Assembly: GCF_932274485.2 (NCBI RefSeq)
Contig: NC_065883.2
Span: 558,001 to 620,000 of the forward strand
Direction of reading: 5' to 3'
DNA length: 62,000 bases
Shown here: positions 37,611 through 51,408 of the stretch, in pieces
How positions within the stretch are numbered: position 1 is the first letter of the stretch
Layout: each line of letters opens with the position of its first letter
The notes under the pieces: model-generated
Told to the model about the DNA's origin: nothing
Databases searched by the model: none
What the model saw: the letters and a program-made list of their open reading frames with translations, nothing else
Position numbers and translations under genes: made by a program

Positions 37611-38043
37611 TATGTAAGACCAAACAGCTCTTTATTCAGTGTTCTTAATTATTAGTTCTTAATTCATAGTCCTTAAATACAAATCTTGCAAAATATTTCT
37701 TCAAAAACATTTCTTCAATAACATTTCTCCAAAAACATTTCTTCAATAACATTTCTCCAAAAACAGTCTCTAAATTCATTATGACGACATGTGCTGATAT
37801 ACACAATATTGTATTTCTCTGATGAAATGTAAATGTAGGCTAATTTTTGATTTTCTAAAATAAGTCTTATCTTTATATGACAAATGTCTGATTTGTAAAA
37901 CAAATAATGATTTTAAGATACAAATGTTAATTTTAGTGTACAAAATCGAAATACGACAACAAATGGAGAAATAAGAATTAAGGACTATGAATTAAGAAAT
38001 AAGGACTAAGAACAATGAATAAAGAGCTGTTTGGTCTTCCATA
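37611..38043. mobile_element. MITE with ~65-bp TIRs (TATGGAAGACCAAACAGC); partial copies at ~43700-43902 and ~50205-50581
   Basis: tatgtaagaccaaacagctctttattca is the inverse of tgaataaagagctgtttggtcttccata. Confidence 0.8.
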
Positions 38044-38241
38044 GGATTTTTGTCTTACATATTTATCATTGAATCAAACTGCATTGGTTTCTTTTGTAAT
38101 TTGTTTGGGATAAATTGTAGCCCGTAAAACGTTATACCAAGAAAAAAATAAAACGTTTTGTTAAGTAAAGCTATATGATGCCATGACGTCATAGGTTTTA
38201 TGGCGTCATAGTTGGGACCCAAAATGGCGCCTGTAAATCAG

Positions 38242-38396
38242 GGGCCCGTTTCACAAAATTTTAACTAAGATAAAATCCAAATTTTAGTAATTTGATTGGA
38301 TAATATTAGATTGATTTTAGTGCTTAGCCAATCAAAATTGAAGTATCTACTAAAATTTGGATTTTATCTTGAGTTAAAATTTCGTGAAACAGGGCC
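38242..38396. mobile_element. Palindromic MITE, Harbinger-like, CAG TSD; second copy at ~48947-49101
   Basis: cag|gggcccgtttcac...gtgaaacagggcc|cag; nearly fully self-complementary. Confidence 0.8.
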
Positions 38397-39704
38397 CAGT
38401 TGTAACTTTTCCTATACTGGGCTTTGAAGCAGTCTGTCTATATTATTAGTATGTCTATGGTTAGAACCCGCCATTGTTTCCAACATGTGTTGATATTTGT
38501 CTTGTTTGTCATATTTTTTGTAGGTGAAACTTCACAGTGTTTTTACCACTTTGCCCATTAAATTAACATGATTTACTTGTGGAGTGCGTTAAGCTGATCT
38601 GAGGCGTCCGGTTTGTTGATGATATCTTCGACTTTGTTGCGGGTAAGACCTCAACGGTACTGGTCTCATACTAGTAATTATTTCCCTTTATTTCATGTAG
38701 TGCGAGTTATAAATAGTCAATTTTTCCCTTAATTTTTTACTTCCCTCTTCCTGCATTGTTTGGTTGACTTTTGGGTCTAGAATTGGATAAAAGGGATCAA
38801 ATTTGCAATTTCATTGCAGTTTTGGGTAGTATTGCTGATATTACAGCGGAGGGATAGGGGGTGTAAATTGTCTTTCTGCAAAGCAGTCACTGTGTCGGAA
38901 GTGAGATTTAATCCCCGTTGCAAAAAATCTAAACGGTCAATCTCCTACAAAATTATGATGAGGAGATTGACAAATGTGGTCCCCATTGTGCCGATAAAGA
39001 TTGGAACCAACGGAATATTGAGCAAAAGGCTACAGCCTGGCAGGCTACAGCCTGTGAAGTTACAGCCATTTAACATTGAAGTCAATGGGCAAATAATTGC
39101 TAGTCTGAGTCCTACTGTCAGAGAAGGAGTTGTCTGCAAGTCGACAAAACAGTACAAATAAACCGGTGCCGCATCGCAATTGTATAGTCATACAGTCGAG
39201 GCTAGATGTAGAGTACCGAGATCTGCCGAGGTTTGCCGAAGGGCCCCGCCCCACGGGAGCTAGAACTACCGGCAAAGGTAGGGTCGGGCTTCAGAAATCT
39301 CGACGAGTTATCTGACTCGGTTCTGACAAGGCCAAGACGCTATCGTGTTATAAGACATGGTCCTACTTATCATAACTCATTTAGAGCTTTTTGAATTTTG
39401 GATATGATGAATAGAATATTCATAAGATCTTTTCTTGATGGTCATTTTTAGCAATACTTGGATCGATATTGACCGAAAACGCTCTTGCCGGTCCTTGTTA
39501 GTGTAAAGTAGGACCCCTAAATTAGGGTCCTGATAAGGTGAAATGAAACCTACCGTGCAGTGTTATAAAACAGGTTCCTAATAAGAAATACACCAACATC
39601 ATCATCATCCTCAATTCCACTGGTCGAGTCCTTAAATAAACGTTCCCATATTAAACAGATAACAAAAATAACAACTGACAAACCCTGGTCAATTCTCACA
39701 CAGA

Positions 39705-42700
39705 GAGAGATGAGATATAACATTCACTCGACACAAACTAGGTCATTTGGGGACTAACATATGGTTCAATTTTAAATCGAACGGACAACCCACTAGGTTG
39801 GACAGGCGACCCTACTTCTTGTCACGTACAACCGGGGAATCAAACCACGCCACTTGACTCAATGACAGACCCTCTGATACAACGCGCACGCGTTAACCAT
39901 TCAGCCACCCGACCCCTAATATATATATATTAGTTTTAAAACTCTGGGTTTTTGCAGCTTGGGGAGCTCAGCGTTTTCACGGACTATATACTGTAATCGT
40001 AAGGTGATGATAGAAAAGCCTGAATAGAAACTATCCTACTCGTCTTTTTTGATATCAAAAAATATCAACGCTTTGCCGAGTTTTTTTTTTTTTTTTTTTT
40101 TTTACTTTATCGACGAGTGTTGATAATATTTTTTTTTTTTTATCAAAAACGACGAGTAGGAGATTTTATTTATCACTGAATCCTTTCTTACATGCACAAA
40201 TAAATAAATATAATTCTTTGCTATCGATTTCACTTTTACTGAACCGCATTACATTACGGCGTAGTGATACATCATTTTTAATAAAAAAAAAATGGATTGT
40301 TCTTTGAAAGGGATTTCTGAATTTATATAGCTTGTAATCAATTACCAGCGTTAATTAGAATTTTGATATTCAGTCAAGTGATCAGACAAGATAAGCCACC
40401 TTGAAAAGAAAGTCTGTTTTTGTCTTCTAACTAATATTTTTAACCAGCCTAGCTTGACGTTTATCGGAGTTTGTGGTTTTTAAAGTAGATTGATTAGGTG
40501 TTTTTTTTAACAAATTACAAGTAGGATATTTCTGTGGCTTCCAGTCTAGCTTGACTTTCCTCGGCGGTTGTTTTTAAAATTAATTAATTAGGCGTTTCAA
40601 CAACATACCAGTAGGATATCACTGTGGCTATGAAATACATTAAATCAGAGGTAGAGGGCGGGGGGGGGGGGGGGTGACAATGCATGATGCCATTAAGATC
40701 TTTTAATTACGTAAGCATACTCATTGAGTTTTTTAAAGAGAGAAATCCAACACCCCGTGTGACGTCAATTTTTGTCATGAATTAATAAGACGACATTGTG
40801 ATTCAATTTCATTGATGCAAAGCATTAATTGTGATATTAGATGATGATAAAGGATAAAGCACACGACCGTCACACTTTTCTCATAAAGTGTTGTTTTTCA
40901 TGTAGCTGAGCACTGTGGTGTTTGGACCCCCCCCCCCCCAAACACTGTGGTGTTTGGACCTCCCCCCCCAAAAAAATCCGCCCCGGGAAAACGTAATTGA
41001 TGTACACGATGTTTACATCATGTCAGCGTGAATTCCTCTTCAAATCAGGGACAGATTGTGGGTAAGCAGTCTCTTGGTCTGACCATTAAGTACGGGGGGA
41101 GGGGTGGGGGACTAGAGAATTGTTTTTTTAAAAAAAAACTGACTGTAAATGATGCCATGTCAAGTAACATTCTGACGTTACTAACTTATACACAAATTTG
41201 ACAATTTTACAGATTCATCAAATACCACATAAATTTAAGACTAAAAAGGGTACCAAAATAAAGGGGGGGGGGGGCGAATGGTAAGCGGGCGCGCGTTGTA
41301 TCATAAAGTCTGACATTGAGTTAACTGGCGTACGTGACAAGGAGGGGGGGGGGGGTCTCCTGTCCAAACTCGTGAGATTTCTCGGGGTCCTCCGGTTTCC
41401 CCCACTGCTAAAGACCCCTACGCGCAAACGAATTATTGAAATAAAATTGAACCATGTGTTAGTCCTGAAATGACCTAGTTTGTGTCGAGTGAACGTTAAA
41501 CCCTACCTCTCTCAGTCTCTCTCTCTCTCTCTCTCTCTCAAATAAGGCGAACAATTTTGAATAAATTAAGTCTGAGAATGCTTTGTGAACTTGGGGCCAG
41601 GTCTCGGAATCGCTCCAGCTGTTGGCCGAGAAAGTTCTTCGTCATTTTCCGGTGTGAGTTTTCCTAGTCAGTGACGCGGGACGAAATTCCTGACATGGAG
41701 AAGTGTCTAGTTTTGTGGATAATATGAAAACTCGAGGCACCAATGATACATTGTGTAGGCTATAAACAACCCTTGGCCCGAGGTACCCATGTATACATTG
41801 TGTAGACTATCAACAGCCCTTGACAGTTGAAATTCGATAAAAGATTAGGTAGTGCGTAATGCCCCTGGCCCGGCAAAGTTTCCCTCATAGCACTGCACGG
41901 GGTAAGCCCGTCTTCATTATCCCAGTCGGTGCAGAAAGGTAGGACGTTAAACTAGATTTTATTTACGATCTAATTATGGTATATTGGCGTACAGCGAAAC
42001 ATACGCCCACAGCAGCTAAATTGTCCATCAGAAGACGTAGGCGAGGTAGGAAGATGGAATATCCTAGATTAAGTATATGAGGGACATTGTTCGGTAGAAT
42101 GAATACCTTTCAGAGGCAAATTTATGATTTGAATAACCTAATTAGGTATAGTTTGTTTACACTCTGTTGGATATAATTAACAATCAATACAAGAGACAAT
42201 AAAATATTTATATTAACTAACTTTCTAAATAGCAATTAAAATTCCATATTTCTCTTTATAGAGAGAGATAGAGGGAGAGATTTGGCTTAACGTTCACTCG
42301 ACACAAACCAGATCATTTCGGGACTAACACATGGTCCAACTCCATTTCAATATTTCGCTTGCGTGTAGGGGTCTTTAGCAATGGGAGGAAACCGGAGGAC
42401 CGAGAGAAAACGCATGAGGTTGAACAGGCTACCCTACTCCTTGTCACGTACAACCGGGGAATCGAAACCACGCCAGTTGACTCAATGACAGACCTTATGA
42501 TACAGCGTGCACATGCTAACCATTCGGCCATAAAGCCCCTTCACTTTCCATTTACAGACATATTTTAGTCCTTGTTATGTTGCAGGACCAAGAGTCTAAC
42601 AAGGAACAGCGTCTAATCCTTCGGATGGTACGAAAATAATTTGATTCAAGTGTACACATTGACATGCGTGTAAACGAACCCTTTTCAGTCAGAAATCTTT

Positions 42701-42815
42701 TGCTGTCCCGGTGAAATTTCCCTCATATATAGAATATATAGCACACTGTATGTCGCATGCCCGCTTTCATTATCCCGATAGGAGCAGAAAAGTCGGATGT
42801 TAAACCCCATTTCAT
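39705..42815. mobile_element. Dispersed SINEs: family A at ~39705-39916(-), 41263-41539(+), 42262-42540(-); family B at ~41600-41960(+), 42710-42815(+)
   Basis: Matches to the family A and B sequences described above. Confidence 0.75.
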
Positions 42816-44743
42816 TGAATTATTATTATATTACTGAAACACATGTATATAATTACATCTAACCTTATATTATATTAATTTTATCATACAATGTTAAGCT
42901 ACAGTCTAATATGTAGAGAATACCAAAATGAAATAAATAAAAGTTTAAAATTCACGTGACTCGCCTCTCGACATTGGTTTTGATACAATGACGATATACC
43001 ATATTTTATTCCCAGAATGACCCAAGCAACCAAATATGTCGCTATCAGAAAAAAACCTAATTTCTGAATTTCAATTTATTTTCTTTCTCGTATGACTTAT
43101 TGTATGTTAGGTTGATTTCCGCTCATGTCGTCATAATACAATCTGTTTTACAGACCTAATGTGACATCCGTCTTTTATCTCTGTCCAAGATGACTGACCT
43201 TTAAAAGCTCAGACCACTATAGTTCTAAGGGTGACGTCAGATCACAAGGTTACCAACAAAGAAAGATGGAGTCGATAACGCCAAAAAATATTACTTCTGT
43301 GGCTTGTTTTTGTTGTTTTAAAACAAACACGAGCAGGTCAATCAGATTAGACGATAAAAAATGTACTTCTGAAAGAATTCAGAGTAAACAAACAGAAAAA
43401 AACCCCTCAAATTGATGGTCACACGTGCGTTGTTTACATTGAACGTAGTAATATGAACTGGTACGGGCAGAATTATATCGTTTTACCCATTTTACGCCTC
43501 CGCGTACTATTTTCTGTACCTATTTACGCTAAATATGGAATATTTTTTATCAAGATATACTTCAAACACCTTTATTTATTTTTCTAATACTAAAAAAAAA
43601 AAATTTTCAGAATTTAATCTGTCGAAAGAATAAAGTTAATATTTTGTAGTCATTAAGTCGCATCGATGTCATCCTTATCAGTGATTGTAGCGGCCAAGCG
43701 AATATACAATTAAAATACATTTTACAAATCTGATACGACAAATGTTTTATTTTAAAAACAAATATTGATTTTAAGATACAAATGTTAATTTTACTGTACA
43801 AATGTCGAAATACGACAACAAATGAAGAAATAAGAATTAAGGACTATGAATTAAGAAATAAGGACTAAGAACATTGAATAAAGAGCTGTTTGGTCTTCAA
43901 TAAGAGTTGCGTGAACACTATTTGGGTGATATTTTACGGGCAAGAACAACACACAATGTCGGAAATGAACAGGCCCGTAACTTGATGGGGTGGGTGTGTG
44001 TGTGTGGGGGGGGGGAGAACAAGCCCATAATTAACTCTCTATACAGTAAAATGGGTAATGGTACTTGATAATCGACACAATCATGTTAAATCTTCAAGCG
44101 CTCATAACTTCGCAAAGATTGAATGAAGTAATTTGACTGATATTTTCAACATATTTATTATCCATTATTTGTTTTTGAACCACTTTGTCAAGAAAGACCA
44201 GCTCTTTATCTAAATCTTATCTAATTCATCTTTAATTTTCCATATTCTAAATTATTCTATAATGTAACGTGTCAAAGAATTACAAGTTTAATACCTGCAA
44301 GAGTTCACTATTACCAGTATTAATATCAGAAAGAGTTCATTGTTATGAGTCATAGAATTGCGAGTTAACCAGGGGAATCGGAGAAAACCCACGTGGTTGG
44401 ACAGCCGATCCTATGCCTTGTCACGTACAACCGTGGAAACGAAACCAAGCCAGTTGACTCAATGACAGACCCTATGATACAGCGCGCACGTGCTAACCAT
44501 TCGGCCATCTATCACCCCCACCCCACCCATCCCCGTCAATGTTAAATGCCGGTCAATAAAACGAAGGGGTCAATATATCGAATATTTCAATATTAAGAGC
44601 AGGTCAATAAAACGAAACGGTCAATATAACGAATAGTTCAATATAACGAATGACTCAGTATTACGATGAGTTCAAATGTAACAAAGAGTTCAACAAAATA
44701 TATGTCAATTAATTCGAAAACACAAAATGGCGGTCTTCACTTC

Positions 44744-44944
44744 TTATATCCTGTTTATCTTGTTTGTGTAGATAATGTTTTTATTCTGGACTGATAGTGT
44801 CCTTTCTAGAAATGTGCTAGTCATCAACCAACAATTACACACATAGAAATACGTTTCAGTACCAGGTATAGTGACATCACCATCGTCCCTGTTCATAAAT
44901 ACCATCGTGGTTGTCTCATCCGTTAAACAAGTCGTAATTTCAAC
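44744..44944 (-). CDS. PAN + PLAT protein, exon 4 (terminal)
   Basis: tttcag| acceptor; VEIT...YFYVCNCWL...ERTL, then stop. Total 256 aa. Confidence 0.88.
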   Translation of the reverse strand, partial: VEITTCLTDETTTMVFMNRDDGDVTIPGTETYFYVCNCWLMTSTFLERTLSVQNKNIIYTNKINRI

Positions 44945-45288
44945 CTGAAAAAACAAAACAAAAATGACATTAGTCAGACTACCCAATGGAAATGGATATT
45001 GAATAATATACATAAATGCCATGTAGTTGTGTGGAGATCAATGTAGTCAATGTTGGTTGACAATATATGTAGTCAACGAATTAGTTGACAGTACATGTAG
45101 TCAACCAGTTATCAATGTTAGCTGACAATATATGTAGTCAACCAGTTAGTTGACAATATATGTAGTCAACCAGTTATCCATGTTAGTTGACAATACAATG
45201 TAACAACAAGTTATCCATGTTGATTCACAATACTTACATCTAGTAGATACCAGGATGCATAGCTATTTGAATGATTCATCATACTTAC

Positions 45289-45375
45289 ATCTAGAAGATA
45301 CCAGCCTGGATTATGTTTTGAATTATCGTGACTCACTTTAACAGCGGTTATGTTTCCGACATCCACATCATTTAC
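45289..45375 (-). CDS. PAN + PLAT protein, exon 3
   Basis: 87 nt, phase 0-0; DVGNITAVKVSHDNSKHNPGWYLLD. Confidence 0.9.
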
Positions 45376-45749
45376 CTTAAAATAATCATTGAATATAGAT
45401 ATAATAACATATATATACCAATAAATATACATGTAATATAGATATAATTACATTCATATACCATGTAATATAGATATATTATAGATATAATATCATCTAT
45501 ATACATTCAATATATGTTTGATATAGATGCTATGACATACTCGTGCCATTAAAATATAAGTGTGATAATATCCAGTGGCGGATTGACCTATAGGCGTGAC
45601 AGACTGAAACCTAGAGCCTCGAGATCTAGGATTTACCCCCCACCACACACACACACCCTCCCCCTCCCCCTTTCCCTCTCTCTCCCTCTCTCTCTTAAAA
45701 ATGAAATAGATTAAGTTTTTAATCAAAACAGATTCACAATTTTATCTAC

Positions 45750-45919
45750 CTTATACGTATCCTTGGCAGATTTTTGAAAATCTCTGTAACCAGGTTTGTC
45801 TAACAAATGTTGACTGGTGGTGCTCTTAGTTCCAAACAGCTGAATCCTAACCTTAGCATCTGTACCAGCTCTATACTTTTCACCTGTTCGTATAGTCACA
45901 TTGTACTGTTTCTCTCTAT
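45750..45919 (-). CDS. PAN + PLAT protein, exon 2 (PLAT N-half)
   Basis: ttttag| phase 1, |gtagat phase 0. YNVTIRTGEKYRAGTDAKVRIQLFGT...DFQKSAKDTY is the PLAT signature. Confidence 0.9.
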
Positions 45920-45944
45920 CTAAAATATCAATATATTTTAAAAT

Positions 45945-46192
45945 GAGATGGGGTTTAACGTCCCCTCGACACAAACTAGGCCATTTCGGGACTTACACTT
46001 GCGCGTAGGGGTCTTTAGCAGTGGGAGGAAACCGGAGGACCCGGGGAAACCCCACGCAGGAGGTTGGTCACTATCAACGGGAAACCTCGCCTGGAAAACT
46101 GAAGGAACATTTTCTGCCAACATTGGGTTCGAAACCAAGATCCCCCGCTAAGTAAGAAGGCGTCCTATGCACTGAGCCATCGCGGCTCCTCA
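45945..46192 (-). mobile_element. V-SINE with an alternative tRNA head (family C); second copy at ~55395-55632
   Basis: Head gagccgcgatggctcagtgcatagg...ggtttcgaaccc joined to the family A V core and tail. Confidence 0.75.
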
Positions 46193-46734
46193 ATATCTTA
46201 CACAGGGCCTCGGTTTTTCGTCCTATCCGAACGACTATACCTTGTCACTTGCTAGGCCCTCGGTCCTGCACCACTGAGCAGAGGGCAGGGCTTGTTAATG
46301 GTAATGGAATATAATCATTACATTTTTAAGTAATGGCCATGTAATGAGTAATGGAAGATTTCAAAATAATGAGTAATGGAAATGTAATTAATTACCTTCC
46401 TAAAATCATGTAATGGTCAATTACATTTCAATTACTTTTCAATTGCATTTTATGGCACATATAAATATTTCCAATATAACTGGCCTCAAATTGTATAGCA
46501 TCAAAGAAGTAAATTAAGTCTATCCGACACAAATCCAATTCATTATAGTTTTAAAATAAAAATTAAATCAGTTTCAACAAAGTATAATAAGAATAAAAAG
46601 GCATTAAACATTTTCTTTAATATTTTTTTTTTATCTACATGTAAGACCCTCTTTTAGACATGTAACCTAAAAAGTTGATTTCTGTAAAGATGTATATTAT
46701 AATCAAAGATTAGTACTAATTTGCAGGCAATCAC

Positions 46735-46765
<31 letters not shown>

Positions 46766-47082
46766 GTTAGATTAAAAGACAATAGTCTTACTACACCTTA
46801 ATCTTAATCTCAAGGTAACAAGTGACATACCAAATAATGGCCTTTAAGTATCTCATCATTTTATGGTTACTTAATATAAAACATACTAAAACAAATATAT
46901 ATTTTGTTTTAGGGTCATGCTGAATAATTCATCATCAATACAATTATTATAGAAAAAACTATTTGGATTGATTCAGAATTTTAAAAAAATACTTTTAAAA
47001 AATATAAAGTTAATTAACTATACTTTTAATTCATTTTTCAAGTCACTTGAAAAATTGCCTTGATGTTATAATATATAGAAAT

Positions 47083-47127
<45 letters not shown>

Positions 47128-48165
47128 GGGGTTTAACGTCCACTCGACACAAACTTGGTCATTTCGGGACTAACATATGGTTTAATTTTATTTACATAAT
47201 TCGCTTGCGCGTAGGGGTCTTTAGCAGTGGGAGGAAACCGGAATAGAAATAACAATTTATACACAAATATCTATTATTGTGAATCAAGAATTATTATCGA
47301 GTTTGATTTTGTAATTTTGTAGGCGCTGCATTGCCGAAAAATAAGGTTGTCTGTTTAAGGTTGTCTATGAAATTTTTTTTTTTATTTATATACTCGATAT
47401 AATGCCTTTTTAATGGGTAAGTTATTCATCAGAATTTCAGGTAACGCGGGTACCGCCATGAACCGGAAGTAAAATATATCATACACCGGAAGTGGTTGTC
47501 CATCGCCACCAATTCTATGTTACTTCACGGTCCGAGTTACCCCTATACACCAAATATCAGTCTCGGAACAGCCCTAGTGTAGCCGACAACACTCTGAACA
47601 GAGAGACAGACAAACTAACGACAGTCACAAATATTAGCATATAAAATTCATACTTTTCTGCATTTTCCCGTCTTCATTATCCCCGACGGTGCAGAAAATT
47701 AGGATTGTAAACCCCATTTTATGTCATTTCATTTCCAAGTTTGTACATATTATTGAAATGAAAATGAAACTGGGTTTGACGTCCTGACTATCTGCACCGA
47801 CTAGGTGAATGAAAATGGGAAAATAAAAATGTAATATAATATAAAGAAATAAATGGGATTTAACGTCTACTCGACACAAACTAGGTTATTTCGGGACTAA
47901 CATATGGTTCAATTTATTTCAACAATTCGCTTGCGCGTAGGGGTCTTTAGCTGTGGGAAAACCCATGAGGTTGGACTCCTTGTCACATGTTAGTTCCAAA
48001 ATGACAGATTTGAGTTGAGTGCAGGCGACCCTCTATGTGAGACCTACATTTTTAGCGACTGCAAAAAAATTGAGGATAAAGTTGACGATTAATTTTTGTG
48101 TTTGTTTTAAATCTTAAATTGGAAACAATGTAATATATATATAAAAAATTGAATTTAAAACTTAC

Positions 48166-48478
48166 CCTCTTCGACATCAACAAATGTCACTAGACCAGGA
48201 TCTGCTATATTGACGTAATCTGGCTGTAGTTTAAAATTATAAAAATAACAAGTTTTTCTGTTTTCATGATAGGCAAAGGCCGCACAGCATAACTTTACCT
48301 CCATGCATTCTTTAGCACATAGTAACTTATTATCAGCGACCATCTTACTATCGGCCACATCATAAAATATATCAACATTTAATAGTCTGTATTTTGTAAA
48401 ACATAAAATACATTGAAACATATAAAACACTAAATACAGACTTGCGAACATTGTAGGTCTTAACTCGACAAACATCAT
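48166..48478 (-). CDS. Secreted PAN/apple + PLAT(LH2) protein, exon 1 (signal peptide + PAN-like domain)
   Basis: Hydrophobic MFASLYLVFYMFQCILC, then LLCAKECMEVKLCCAAFAYHENRKTCYFY; g|gtaag donor, phase 1. Confidence 0.78.
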
Positions 48479-48758
48479 CGCGTTGTGTTTCTAATGGATA
48501 AATAGTCAATAGATATTGATATGTAGTATGGAACGCAATTCAAGTCATAATTCTGACTCATAACAAAGTAAAATGAAAACGGGTTGGCTGTTCTGACATA
48601 AAAAAAACCCAAACAAATACAGACAGTAAATGATGGAAATGCTACAATATTTAGGGAATAAGTTATATTAATCATAATTCTGACCTGTGTAAATAGCCAG
48701 ATTATTGATAATAATAAGTCGATTAATATCGCTCTAATTCAACATACAATCACTCTTA

Positions 48759-48934
48759 ACACATGGCACATGACATAATTATATGCAAACTTGAAAGATT
48801 TATTTCTGGCGACGTTGTCTCGCCATTATTTTTTTTTTGATAAAGACGAGCTATCCCTCGTCGAAACGTCGTCCGAAATAAATCTTTCCAGTAACTTGTA
48901 TTCCATATAATTGCGTCATAATTGTGTCACGTGT
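48759..48934. repeat. Imperfect palindrome with a degenerate Penelope-type minimal hammerhead core
   Basis: Arms gaaagatttatttctggcgacgtt / aacgtcgtccgaaataaatctttc; core ttgataaa-gacgag ctatcc ctcgtc-gaaac-gtc-gtc. Confidence 0.55.
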
Positions 48935-49769
48935 CCTTCTCATCCTGGTCTCTGTTTCTCGAAATCTTAACTAAAGATAAAATCCAAATTTTAAAAGAAA
49001 CTTCAATTTTGATTGGCTAAGCTCTAAAATCAATCTAATATTATCTAATCAATTTACTAAAATTTGGATTTTATCTTAGTTAAAATTTCGTGAAACAGGC
49101 CCCAGTTACTAAATGCCGCCTAAACAATTTACAATCACTCTTGCAAATATTTCTCAAAGACTGTGTTTAAATCTGGATTTGAAGGAGTCTAATTTATTAT
49201 ATGTAATTGAGAAGTGAATTAAGAAGTTGAAGTAAGCGTATTAGCACAAACAGTACTAGATTAAGAAATGAATTGAAATGTGATGTAACGTCCACCTTTT
49301 CTGCTCCATCCTGGCAAATGAAGACACTGGGTGAAGAGTTAGAATTATGTCGTGAATTCTGCTCCATACAACAGTGATTTAAATTAAAAACTCTCTTTCA
49401 TTTGAATTGTTTTTGTAGCCTATGACCACAAGTTGTTGTTGTGTTTTTTTCTATGGTTCATTTGATATTATTTTTTATGTCTTACAAGGTCTTTCGTCAT
49501 CCAAGGTCATTGCCTATGAAGAGATTTAAACTCTCTCCACGCAACCATAACCCCAACCCTCGCCCGTATCAGACTGCTGAGATTGCCTTAATGTGTATAT
49601 ATTGCAACTAAATGCAAATAAAATATTATTTTAGATCAAGTTTATCCCCTAGATAGATCAAGTTTGACCTCTAGATAAATCAAGATAAATCTTCCATAGC
49701 CATTGTGTCCAGGTAGACAAAGGGCGGATAACTCGTAACGGATAATAGCCTTTGATTATTACTTTCAGG

Positions 49770-50088
49770 TATATTTTAGTAGGCATGTTACTGTCACTCC
49801 CATCTTAAATAACCTTCACTGGTTCCGAGTGCGCGAGAGAATTCACTTTAAAATTTTAACTCTGACATACAAAACATTAAATAAAACAGCACCAAGATAT
49901 CTCCAGAATCTCTTGACACACTACCAACCAAAACGGTCACTGAGATCCGAGAATAAATTATTGTTAGATGTACCGATTTATAAGATGAAGAAATTTGGTT
50001 CAAGGACTTTTCAGTATAATGCATCAATTCTATGGAATTCGCTACTACCTTCCATTCGAAAATGTGAAACATTGTCTGTCTTCAAATT
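49770..50088 (+). mobile_element. L2 LINE ORF2 C-terminal fragment
   Basis: VTPILNNLHWFRVRERIHFKILTLTYK...APRYLQNLL..Y.PKRSLRS...FGSRTFQYNASILWNSL. Confidence 0.85.
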
Positions 50089-51408
50089 GGCAATACTATA
50101 TACCGGAAAACACCGGAAAACAACCGGAAAACACCATTTTATAGCGGCCAAGCGAATATTCACTGCGGATCAGTGTGGTCATAATATTCTGGTTCGATGG
50201 ATTTCGAGAAATGTTTTTGTAGAAATGGTATTGAAGAAATGCTTTTGGAGAGATATTTTGCAAGATTTGTATTTGGAAATTTGTATTTAGAAATTTGTTG
50301 TTCCAGATTTGTTTTTCTCTAATGAAATGTAAATGTAGGCTAAGTTTTGATTTTCTAAAATAAATTTTATCTTTATATTGAAATACAATTAAAATACATT
50401 TTACAAATCTGATACGACAAATGTTTTATTTTAAAAACAAATATTGATTTTAAGATACAAATGTTAATTTTACTGTACAAATGTCGAAATACGACAACAA
50501 ATGAAGAAATAAGAATTAAGGACTATGAATTAAGAAATAAGGACTAAGAACATTGAATAAAGAGCTGTTTGGTCTTCCATAAGAGTTGCGTGAACACTAT
50601 TTGGGTGATATTTTACGGGCAAGAACAACACACAATGTCGGAAATGAACAGGCCCGTAACTGGATGGGGTGTGTGTGTGGGGGGGGGCGGGAGAGAACAA
50701 GCCCATAATTAACTCTCTATACAGTAAAATGGGTAATGGTACTTGATAATCGACACAATCTTGTTAAATCTTCAAGCGCTCATAACTTCGCAAAGATTGA
50801 ATGAAGTAATTTGACTGATATTTTCAACATATTTATTATCCATTATTTGTTTTTCAACCACTTTGTCAAGAAAGACCAGCTCTTTATCTAAATCTTATCT
50901 AATTCATCTTTAATTTTCCATATTCTAAATTATTCTATAATGTAACGTGTCAAAGAATTACAAGTTTAATACCTGCAAGAGTTCACTATTACCAGTATTA
51001 ATATCAGAAAGAGTTCATTGTTATGAGTCATAGAATTGCGAGTTAACCAGGGGACTCGGAGAAAAACCCACGTGGTTGGACAGCCGATCATATGCCTTGT
51101 CACGTACAACCGTGGAAACGAAACCAAGTCAGTTGACTCAATGACAGACCCTATGATACAGCGCGCACGTGCTAACCATTCGGCCATCTACCCCACCCCC
51201 CCACCCATCCCCGTCAATGTTAAATGCCGGTCAATATAACAAAGGGGTCAATATAACGAATAGCTCAATATTAAGAGCAGGTTAATGAAACGATACGGTC
51301 AATATAACGAATAGTTCAATATTACGAATGACTCAGTATTACGATGAGTTCAAATGTAACAAAGAGTCAACAAAATATACATCAATTAATTCGAAAACAC
51401 AAAATGGC

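Larger units (their letters stand above)
43688..46200. repeat. Segmental duplication, copy 1 (paralogous to ~50141-55642)
   Basis: Shared start tagcggccaagcgaatat, shared MITE and SINE fragments, PLAT exons 2-4, shared end gcggctcctcaatatctta. Confidence 0.88.

Noticed and set aside
38814..39315. Overlapping short ORFs with RLQP repeats
   Set aside because: Explained by a 15-bp triple repeat and a MITE end; no domain signature.
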